Shown: positions 52,463 to 62,603 of the stretch, piece after piece
Layout of the letters: the number at the start of each line of letters is the position of its first letter
Numbering within the stretch: position 1 is the stretch's first letter
NCBI GenBank assembly: GCA_046563655.1
Contig: CM102285.1
Location: 10,974,001 to 11,038,000 of the forward strand
DNA: 64,000 nt
Source of the DNA: Yuukianura sp. NJ FZ-2021
Lineage: Eukaryota
Direction: 5' to 3'
Program-made: the position numbers and the translations under genes
Notes under the pieces: model-generated
The model's input: the letters and a program-made list of their open reading frames with translations, nothing else
Databases searched by the model: none
Told to the model about the DNA's origin: nothing

Positions 52463-52986
52463 TAACTTAACTATACAACTAGTTATTTTATATTATATTA
52501 ATTAGAAAGAATTAATTAAATACTATCAATTAATTATTATACCAATTGAATTGTATCAAATGGAATTGCGTCAACTGTGTCAACGGCTAATTGTCTCAGC
52601 ATTTGAAAAGTTTAGGTTTAGGTTTTGTTGACTTTTTTTTATTATGATTTGCAGACCTGCCAAGAATATTTACTTCTCATGCCTGTAATGCTAACCAAAT
52701 CAATATTTCGAGGATTTTTGTCACGAAATATTTATTTTTTTCTCTATGCCCTTAATGTTAAGTTCGTAAATATTTCACTGATTTTTAGTAGATATTTTTG
52801 GCAGCCCTGACGATAAGGTTGGTTATTTCAATAGCCGCTGACACAGGTGATGCAATTCCAATTGGCACAGCTCGGTTGATACATTTCAATTGATATAATA
52901 ATTAATTGTAATTAATTCATTATTTATTAATGTAATATATAATATAATTAGTGCAATATAAAATAACTAGTTGTATAATTAAGTTA
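52463..52986. repeat. Inner AT-rich inverted repeat (possible nested MITE)
   Basis: TAACTTAACTATACAACTAGTTATT (52463) vs AATAACTAGTTGTATAATTAAGTTA (ends 52986). Also GGAATTGCGTCAACTGTGTCAACGGCTA vs TAGCCGCTGACACAGGTGATGCAATTCC. Confidence 0.75.
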
Positions 52987-53319
52987 ATACATGATTCTCG
53001 GTTATTTCCACAATTGCGGGGCGCAAAAATGTCGTGGCATGGCGACATCCCTGAATATTTAATCTAAAAATCTGAGCGTCCATGCCAGCTTCGGCTGAAG
53101 GGTTTCACACCTTTTGGTGGCTGTAGGTGACATTTTCTCGCAAAATGTCGCCAGTACGCTGCGACATTCAGGAAAATTCTATTTCTAAGAAACAATAAGA
53201 GGTCATTGACCCCTGTGTGGCTGCTGTGACCCCAATACGGCACCCATTTTTTCTCGGAATTTTTGTGAGGTCATGTCAAATGGAGACATAACGTAAAGTT
53301 AGGAACCAACTAAGCGCAG

Positions 53320-54580
53320 TAATGGCCGCCGCCGCCATCTTGGATTCCGCGAAGAGTCCCTTGGGCCGGATTTCCTTGGAATTTTTTCACAATTCCTTGG
53401 AAGTACTGTGACATGGTGGCATATGGTGAGTGGGGGAAACAACTGACTGCAACAATGGCCGCCGCCGCCATCTTGGATTCCGCGAAGAGTCCCTTGGGCC
53501 GGATTTCCTTGGAATTTTTTCACAGTTCCTTGGAAATACTGTCGAATGGTGACATGTGGTGAGTTGGGGGTACTCCTGGCCCCAACAATGGCCGCAGCCG
53601 CCATCTTGGATTTGCCGAAAACTCTCTCGGGCTGGATTTCCTTGGAATGTTTTTACAGTTCCTTGGAAATACTGTCGAATGGTGACATGTGGTGAGTTGG
53701 GGGTACTCCTGGCCCCAACAATGGCCGCAGCCGCCATCTTGGATTTTGCGAAGAGTCATTTTTTGCATGATTTGCTTGGAATTTTTTGAAGCTACTTGAA
53801 GATACATTTGAATACACACATAAGGTATGCTTGCAAGCTAAGAGGTGCGGTAATATGGCCGCTGCCGCCATCTTTGAAGGAATCGAGTTTTTTACATTTT
53901 CGGTTTACCAATATTCAAAATGGCGAGGAGTTGACTCACCATATGTATTTCCACCACATTCGAGAGTATTTCCAAGGAATTGCGAAAAAAAACTCCAAGG
54001 AAATCCACCCCGATGTACTCCTCGCCAAATCCAAGATGGCGGCCGACGACCATTACTACACATATCCTAGTGACAAACTCATTACAGATGTCTATTCCAT
54101 AGTAATTCCCCGGAATTGCGAAAAAATTCCAAGGAAATCTAGTCCGAGTAACCCTTCGCGGAATCCAAGATGGCGGCGGCGGCCATTATTGGAGTCAGTT
54201 GTATCCCCAACTCACCGCACGTCACCATTCGACAATGTCTCCAAGGAATTGTGAAAAAATTCCAAGGAAATCCAGCCCGAGAGAGTCTTCGGCAAATCCA
54301 AGATGGCGGCCGACGACCGTTACTTTACGTTTTATGTTGTCCACCTTACCTGTTGCTTCATTTCGATCATATCTCCAAGGAATTTCAAAATAATTCCAAA
54401 AAAAATTGGCACTGAAGGGTCTCCGCAGAATCCAAGATGGCGACGGTCACCGTCGGGCGACATTGTCGGACTCCTACACTGACGTTTACCCCCTGGCTAT
54501 AAATTCGGAATGACAATTCAAGAAATTCTTCGGGAAACTTGGTCCTAAGTGGTATCCGCCATGTTTCAAGATGGCGGCGG
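53320..54580. repeat. Two oppositely oriented arrays of ~133-bp repeats, each unit carrying a YY1/Pho-type motif
   Basis: GCCGCCATCTT at 53331, 53464, 53597, 53730 and 53864. AAGATGGCG(G/A)C at 54033, 54167, 54300, 54434 and 54568. Confidence 0.92.
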
Positions 54581-54969
54581 CGACATTAGGGTGACAGGAT
54601 ATACGTCGCTTAGCGACAAAAAGTGTTTCCCGAATTTAGGAATTTTTTGGGTGGGATTTATTTGAGCTGTCATGGCGGCATAAACGATTTTTGATCGGAA
54701 TGACGATGTCTCCACAATTGTAGGGTTAAAAGATCGGAGGTTGCTTCTGAGATGACAGAGCCTCAAGAATTAATGTGTCATATTGAGTTGTAACACATTG
54801 GATTGGTATGGGTGTAGAATATACCCTATGGTTACACCGGATGCACCCTTGGTTTACTTCAACCGGCTTTGCACAAAAAACACAACACGATTCAGACATG
54901 AGGAATCGAGACGTCTCGATTTCACACATCAGAAAAAAACATATGAGGCGAGATACATCTCAAATCGAG

Positions 54970-55330
54970 ACATTAGGATTTCTGTTGCGTTTTTGATTTC
55001 GGACGTCTCAAATTTCACACATCTGAATTCCTGTTGTGTTTTTGTAATTTGAGATGTGTTTAATTTCACACATCTGAATTCCTGTTGTGTTTTCGTAATT
55101 TGAGATGTGTTTAATTTCACACATCTGAATTCCTGTTGTGTTTTCGTAATTTGAGATGTGTTTAATTTCACACATCTGGATTTCAGTTGTGTTTTCGTAA
55201 TTTGAGATGTGTTTAATTTCACACATCTGAATTCCTGTTGTGTTTTCGTAATTTGAGATGTGTTTAATTTCACACATCTGGATTTCAGTTGTGTTTTTGT
55301 ATTTCCAGATGTGTGAAATTTCACACATCA
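54970..55330. repeat. 51-bp tandem repeats in right TIR (about 6-7 copies)
   Basis: ATCTGAATTCCTGTTGTG recurs at 55021, 55072, 55123 and onward, which produces the 17-aa repeat ORFs in the track. Confidence 0.92.
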
Positions 55331-56586
55331 GAAAATCCAGATGTAAATTTGTTGAGGAATATTGCGGGTTTTCTCCCCTCATACTTCCTTGTCCCAACTC
55401 CTTCCAGCTCTAATTTGATGGATCTCTTGACTCTGTAACTTTCTTTTCCCGCATTTCCAAAAAAGAGAAAGTACTCGGCAGGAGAATCTCTCATATTTTA
55501 ATTTAACACAATCCTCACAAAAATTGAAAAAAAGGAAAAGAAAAGTTTTGAATATTAAAGTTTACTTTTCACTTTTAGTGAAAAGGACGCTGCGTCCTGG
55601 ATGCTGGAAGAGCTGGAAGCGTATTTTCACCACCAGTGAAAGTTTTAGCGGTGAAACAAAAACCAAACCCACAGAAGAAGTTTGGTTTTTCTAATCCAAA
55701 CGTTTTTTTAGGTTTGGGTTCCTGCGTAGCGTCAATTGAAAAAGAACTCCGAAAATCAGCGGACTTTCACTGTTATCAAAGTTAATCAAAGCATAACTTA
55801 AAATTTCAAAATTTCGATCGCGTCATTTTTTTCATTAAAAATATTTGTAGCTTCCCAGCACCTAAACGTTTCGAGAAGTTTTACAAAGTTAGTTTGTGCT
55901 AACTGCTAAATTCCTTTAGCCCCGAAATTTTGAAATTTGAAACCAAGGACTCCGTATATGGTGCTTTAACTTTTCAAACTGCTTTCACCTGTGAGCCAAT
56001 TTCGTGATCCATCACAGGCTAAAGCGTAGTTATTGAACTGCCGAATCCCTTAGTCATTCAATTCGTAGTAGACACGACTATAAAGTCCCCCGAACTAGGC
56101 AATGTACTGGATACTGGCAGTGCTACCTTCCATGTTAGTAGGTAGCACTAGATAGTGGGACTTCAAAGGAAAAGTCATCTTTCATCTTCCGTTTCTTAAA
56201 GAGAAATGATTACAAAGCTCCATTTAATTGCTAAAAACATGGATCCTCATCTGCGCCCTCCTTTCATCCCCCACTTTCTACAAAAATAGCCTCTTAAGGA
56301 CTTCAAACGAAATGGACCCCTTAGAAGTCCTCACATCGTCATTTACGTTTACAGCCCCACGACACGCAGTAGTCGTCGCGGTAGTTGTTGCAGCACATCT
56401 AATGTAATAAGTAATAGGAAGAGTAAATATTTATTCAATACATTATAAACTATTAAAACATAACTAATCATTATTCTGTCAAAAATAATACAATAAATCA
56501 TTAGAATCCATAATAGATTTTACATTAATAACAATTATGTATCTTACATGATAAGATGTGCCAATTCAAATTAGTTTTTACAAAGT

Positions 56587-58903
56587 TCAAGCAACTACGC
56601 TGGCGCTAATATTGGCAGCACTACTCGCAGCAGCAGACGGATGTGGTTGTGGCGGATTGTTCTTTTCGGGTTGTTTCTGTGCAGTAGTACGAAGGCGACG
56701 TCTTGGATGGAGACGCTTCTTGATCAACGAGTTGGGGCTAACTACTGGATTGTTGATGTTCTTCTGAATATAAATCTTGGGTGGAACGCCAAACCAGAAC
56801 ACGTCACCCTTCTTCCCGAAGTACAAGTACAGCGGACCACCTAGAATTTTGAAATTAAGTTAAATTGATACAATTCCCAAATATTTCCTATGACCTTACA
56901 TTTGTAGGCGCTGGGTTCATCTCGTCGGTTGCTATTGAGGTGTGAAATGTCAACAACTCGGGAGACGCCATTTTGAATCGCTGGCAGACGATGTCTTTCG
57001 ATGATATCATGAAGGAGCGAAGACTTGAGAATTGAGTGAAGTTCCTTGCACATGATCGTATCCCAGTTCCGGAAGTTTCGTTTGATAGAATAGAAAAGCC
57101 ACATTGTATCTTCTGTTTTGATGTTTGGAAGAATCAGAAGATCAGTTCCATCAACCCACTCTGCTTGGTTAGCACGACTCGACGTGAATTTGTATTTTAA
57201 CTCCTGGATATACGGACGAGCATTGCAACCCTCATCCCATGATACGAATGTCATAATTTGGCAAGTAGGTTTTCGCAAAACGGCATACATCCCTTGACAA
57301 GTTCTACTTGCAGGTTGGATATCAATCACTGTTAAGATGAAAGATAATTAGTGCTTATCCTCGCAGACTCTTGGAGTTAAACTTAATTTTGCAAAACAAC
57401 GGAACATACCTCGCAAGGACATGCCGAGCAACACTGTCAATTCAGCGACAGGTTCCACCTTGCCGTCGACTGTGTCAGATGCAGCAGAGGATGAAGATAC
57501 TGTCTTGACAATTCCATTAGTGGCGTGGCCACCACTCTTGCGATAAGGACGCTTCGGTTTAGGCCTATTTAAAAACATACAAGTTAGATTAGTCAATGGA
57601 TAAAACCCTAAGAAATATAATATAATAATTAAATTAAAAAGTTTAGTACTCTGGAAGATCAAGGCTTTTCGGCTTCCTTTCTCTCTTGCTCGGTTCACGA
57701 AGATTGCTATAAGGAGAACAAGATCGTTTTAGTTTGCCTAACTTTAACTTTACTTAACTTCCGATAGTGTTAATTCTGCCTCGATGCAAATAATGCATGA
57801 AATGTGTTAATTGACTAGAAAACATAACATAATTAATTAATCATGATTCATAGTTATTTAGTTATTTACCGTGCAGCTTGTGCCTTAGATGGACGCCCCT
57901 TCTTGGGCGGAGTCGGGCAATCCATGGCGTCTCTTCGACTAAGACTCTTCTTCTTGTCGCTGATTATGCGCTCATCGCTGTCGTCACTGTCATCATCTTC
58001 TTGCTCACAAAGGCGTCGACGAGGTCGACTGGTCTTCTTCGAATAGCCGTTGCTACTGGAGTTACTATTGCCATTTTCGTAAGCTCGAATTTCCTTCTCA
58101 GAGATGCTAAAGTCCGGACGATATCGAGTTGGAGCTTGAGCCTTTCTCTTGGGGCGTCCTTCTCTCATCTGTTCTCTCAAATGGACTGGCACAAAGCCAC
58201 AATCTTCATCATCCTATGAATAAAATTTAAGTTCAACTTATTGAATTGAATTGCTTAAAATTAATAAACTTAAAATGATATTTCTCAACTTGAAAGAATT
58301 TTGTACCTTTGCCCTTTGCTTTTTATACTTGTAAGGTCTGCAAGTTATCCATTTACTGTCTCCATTGAGATGTGGTCCTGGATTTTCGCAGATACATTCA
58401 AACATACAATCTGGATCTCCTGTGTCTCGGCAGTGTTTTTCGTAGTGCTCGTCGTACATGTCAGGGCAGTTGACAGATTGGCAAACACAGCCCAGTTGAC
58501 AATACGGCAAACTATTGGGACACGTCGGACCATCCTCTTCCGTCGTCGGCTTCAACTCGGCATCGCTCGGTTTCTTGTCATAGTCCTCCTCTGCAGTTGG
58601 GTCATACTCCGGCATCGGGATGTCACACTCTCGGATAAACTTGACCTTTTGCAAAACTTTCTGAATAACGCCTTCCTTGGTAATTTTACCCATTTTCTTC
58701 ATCGTTTCTTTCCGGGTTAGGTCAAAAATACTGAAAGCAACGTGTCACAGGCAAACGTTTTAGTAAATGTACGCCAAAAGTTTTAAAGTCGATTACCTTG
58801 GTTGTATATAGTTTATAGGACAGTTTTCTGCAAACTGGTCATTTTCATCCTCCCCTTCTTCTGATTCTCTTTTGATCCGAGTGATTTCCAATGTCTCCGC
58901 CAT
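56587..58903 (-). CDS. 589-aa protein with Cys-rich MGA conserved domain (DUF4801/MGA_dom; Ocm-like), no T-box or bHLH visible; exons 58903-58797, 58730-58307, 58213-57870, 57706-57650, 57564-57410, 57328-56900, 56840-56587
   Basis: CPNSLPYCQLGCVCQSVNC...KHCRDTGDPDCMFECIC matches the MGA-domain pattern C..C.LGCVC.SL....HC....CMF.C.C. Seven exons join through GT-AG introns into 1770 nt in frame. Basic NLS-like patches are present (RPKRK, PPKKGRP, KPKRPYRK). Confidence 0.8.
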
Positions 58904-59991
58904 TCTGAGCTTGGGCACTGAAATAGTACAATACAAATTAAAGTTAGCATTACCTTACAGGTCCAGTTATTAAAGCACGTCAGTTAGCTGATGTGGACTA
59001 CCTACTTTAACTTTACTAATGAATACACGCGCAATGAATAATGTAGATTTTATTTCCAATATAATTAGACATTAACTCCAACACCTCCAGCTTGGAAGCT
59101 GAGAGTGCCCCGAAGTATTAGTTGCACCAAACATCTTATGTCAAGGCTGAATTTTTATAACTGTTGTTTGCAACAGCTCTCAAACTTGGCAATGGTGTTC
59201 GAACGGAAAGCTTTGGTTCGACACCTGACCTTCTTAGCAATCTTAATTTACAACAGCCGTAACTTACTACAACCTGTTTATGTGTTGCAGTTACTTACGT
59301 TCTGAGTGTTAATCGGTTAATCGCCTAACTTATGACGATTAATTGATTTACACATAAACCTATTGGAATAAGAGAGGTGTCCCGCGAACAGGAAAACTTT
59401 AAACTCATACAGTACAGCATCTGCATCACTCACTCAAACACACAGTACGAAAACCTTGACTTTCTCAACGCGAGAAACGGCTTCTCCACTTCCTATCCAC
59501 TTGGCTTACTACACCACCCTACTAACTGCTAACTTACTAATTGCTGCCAGTTCCATTTTAACACCTTAATTATCTACAAATTATGCTATTAATCAATGTT
59601 TCCATATGACTCTTCAATCATAATCCAAAAGACACTTCAATTTGACCTATCCAATGAATGCCATTTCCAAGGCTTAACCTGTAAATTCTGAGGAACTAAA
59701 AAGTAAAAAGTTCGAATATTCTCGCAAGCGAAATTGTTACTCCGATTCCGATTGACTTTAATTAACTAAACGTTATATTCGCAAGTTAACTACGAATTAC
59801 TCCAAAATTAACCCAATTTATGATTAATAAAGCATTATTCTGCTGTGCTTATTGAGTAATCTTATGGAAAGTCCATGCCCAATACATTAGTCAATGCAAA
59901 AAAAAACGAGGACACATGGACATGAACATGAAAACTTATTTACGGAAAATGAATCCAGGACAAGAAATTACTAAAGATTTAGGTAACTTAC

Positions 59992-62230
59992 CAATGTAGT
60001 AGTGGAGAATGTACTTGGATTTAGTTAGATTAATTAACTTTAAGTGTGTAAAGTTTAATTATGTTTGTAGTAAATTCTTATTTGTAAAGTGTGTATTGGT
60101 GCTTATGGCTGTGGTTGTGCAGAATGGAAAGAGGTGGATAAGCAAGGGAAGCAGGCGCGTTGCCCAAAAAACTGCCTCTCTTGCCCTACTCTTCTTTTCC
60201 AATTGCTCATCATCCGCAGCAGGAAAACTTACACAACGAGATACAATTTGGAAATCAAGGCTCCCCGATACCCAAACCACTGCTTACCGACGGTACCCAA
60301 TACCGGTAGTGACATCAAAGCAACGATTAATGCTAGATGTCAAGGGTCAGATGGATGTTTTTAAATGTACCCAGTTTTACTTAAATGTGTCGCCTCTGCT
60401 CCAAAAAAGCGTCAGTCATCAGTTGAGAGCTTTTCACATGATTCTCATGTTTAGAAATGCCAGAAACGTATCCGGATGCGCAGTTGCCGGTTTCAATGTC
60501 ACTTATTTCGGAAACTATGACGAATTAAGCTAATAGATTAATCGTTAGATGTTCGGTGAGTCATGCTGGACAGTAGATACATTTAAATTATGAGGATAGC
60601 ATGTCCCACCCAATGGTCACTGGCTATAACTGACCACTGACCAGGGAACAGCATTGAGGTAACCATTTTGTCCGGTACCAGCTCAAGAACAACCTCGGGA
60701 ATCGGTTCGGAATATCAACTAACATTATCTATAAGCGCATCTAAGCATAACTTTCTTACTTTCGTTTAAGGAAGCTTACCGTAACAATTCTAGCACGAAC
60801 GTTCGTTAGCAGCAACTGGCGATTAACGTCACCACACTACTAGCGATAGCCATTTTAGTTATTGAATAGAAGCTGAAGCGATGTCAATGAACACAGGCGT
60901 CCAAAATCCGAACGCTCTTTTCCTTCTTTCTCCCTTTCCGAACTCTTCCGAGTCGAAATCGTTTTCCGGAAAACTTATCAGTCTTTTATGAAATCAGAAT
61001 TAACTGATGTTAAATTTGAGCGTGTTGCAATGACTTATAAACTGAACAATCAAGTTACATGAGCATGCATGAAACGACGGCTGCTGACCTCTATTCTGCA
61101 GCAAATGCTTACCAGGAGTATTTGCGGCGGTTGCCGTAGTTTCCATCTTTGTTGCCATCAAATCTTTTCCCTCGCAGACTTTCTCCAGAAAATCTTCAAA
61201 ATTAAAAGTGTCACCGGCGATTTAGCAGGAAACTGAAATTCAAAAGAAAGCTATAAAAGTAGAGGTCACACTCAAGCATATGAATTTAATAAGGTGACTC
61301 ATGCTTGATATGCCTAATGTGAATATATGCGCATTCAAATTCAATATTACCTGAACTTTGACCCGGGTAGCCTCGGTTTTGGTTTATACCGTAAAGTTTA
61401 GCTTTTCTAGCAAGGCCAAATGCACATGTGTTGCTTGTTCTAAAAGAGTACAAAACACAAAATATTTTCAAAGAGATCGGAAACATTTGATTTGACTTGC
61501 TCAATTGACTGAGGCCAGTTACAAATCAAGAGAATGAGAATGAGATGACCATTACCTGTTAATTGATTAATTGGCAAATTGTTAAGTGAGGAGGACCACA
61601 CGGTTTGGTTGATGACGAGAAGGAGGCTGAAGTAGAGTGAATGCGTCGTTTTCCTTGTGTCTGTGCCTTGTGCTGGAGCACAGCACAGCACAAGTTTTTG
61701 AAAATCTGAAACTTTTCAAAACAGATAAGAATATAGGGAGAGAAGATGAGGTTAAGGGCGCATTTCCATTGTTCAAGGTGTGCTTCTAATGACCTCTTAC
61801 TGTAATTAACTCCTGACCCCTCCCTGATTACTCCAATTACTAATTGAATATGTCAATCGTCTTCCTAAAAACTTACCGTAAACTGCTACTCTTTATGAAC
61901 TTGAATTGGAGAGTCGTGATGTTTGTAAAGGAGTGAAATGGTCCGAAGGCCTCCGTTGCCACTTTTGTGAATGTCGATTTTTGGTTAAGCATCTGACTCT
62001 TCCATCTACTATGACTTTTTAGCTTATCCTTTTATGCTTATGAGAGTTGCAGTTATTCATGCCACACTGATTTTCAATTGTAGTAGTTTAGATTTATAGC
62101 ATACAACTGTCAAAGCATTGATTTGAACTCTTAATCTAACTAACAATATAATTTCACCTTACTTAAATAACTTTGTTTCAAGCCGAAGCCGAATGCCGAG
62201 GAAATGACGATGGAAAGACAAAATTTTCAT
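59992..62230 (-). pseudogene. Multi-exon spliced unit without a long ORF (decayed gene or lncRNA)
   Basis: A series of good minus-strand donors (exon ends 62163, 61877, 61556, 61351, 61113, 60780, 59992) and acceptors (exon starts 61439, 61232). The first exon reads MKIL... and, after a 1-nt shift, SIVISSAFG, which is signal-peptide-like. Joined exons hit stops. Confidence 0.4.
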
Positions 62231-62603
62231 TTTAACAAAATAGGCTTCAAATTAATTCTTCAGTTAACGATAATTTAGTACTGCAACTGCAAGTCGCGCA
62301 ATGACATTGTTACATCTTGCAGGTCAATCCAAAGGGCATGTCATTTTTGACTAACTTTTTACGTACTAACTGCTTCAAAATTGTTAAATTGCTTCATGAT
62401 GATTCAATATTCTTGTTTCAATGCGCGATTTATTAGTAAAGCCAAAAATCGGATCAGAAACGTAAAAAACGATAGCAATTTGGTTAAGTTGCGTCAAAAT
62501 AAATCGGTTTGCTAAGTTATCGCTAACAGGTTTAATCTCTATGAGGGGAAACTGTTTAGGTTAAGGACTCCTTCCTTGAAGTGTTTTGAAGCTGAATGAC
62601 GCT

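Larger units (their letters stand above)
52005..55383. mobile_element. 3379-bp non-autonomous foldback-type DNA transposon with long modular TIRs and 6-bp TSD (CTTCCT)
   Basis: Ends TATGAGGGGAGAAAACCCGCAATATTC...GAATATTGCGGGTTTTCTCCCCTCATA. CTTCCT lies at 51999-52004 and 55384-55389. Inverted homology spans 52005-~52460 vs ~54775-55383. No transposase ORF. Confidence 0.93.

Noticed and set aside
52051..55330. CRISPR-like appearance of the 51-bp palindromic repeats and 133-bp repeats
   Set aside because: The units are fully tandem with no unique spacers, there are no cas genes, and the context is a eukaryotic transposon.
53299..55397. Repeat-containing ORFs (MAAAAIVG..., KTQQEFRCVKLNTSQIT, CEIKHISNYENTTGIQM)
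   Set aside because: Translations of the DNA repeats, open in several frames and on both strands. The ATGGCCGCC starts are part of the repeated DNA motif.
60009..60533. 174-aa plus-strand ORF and a possible box C (ATGATGA) on the minus strand near 60210
   Set aside because: The ORF has no recognisable features and opposes the minus-strand splice signals. I found no matching box D or terminal stem for a snoRNA.
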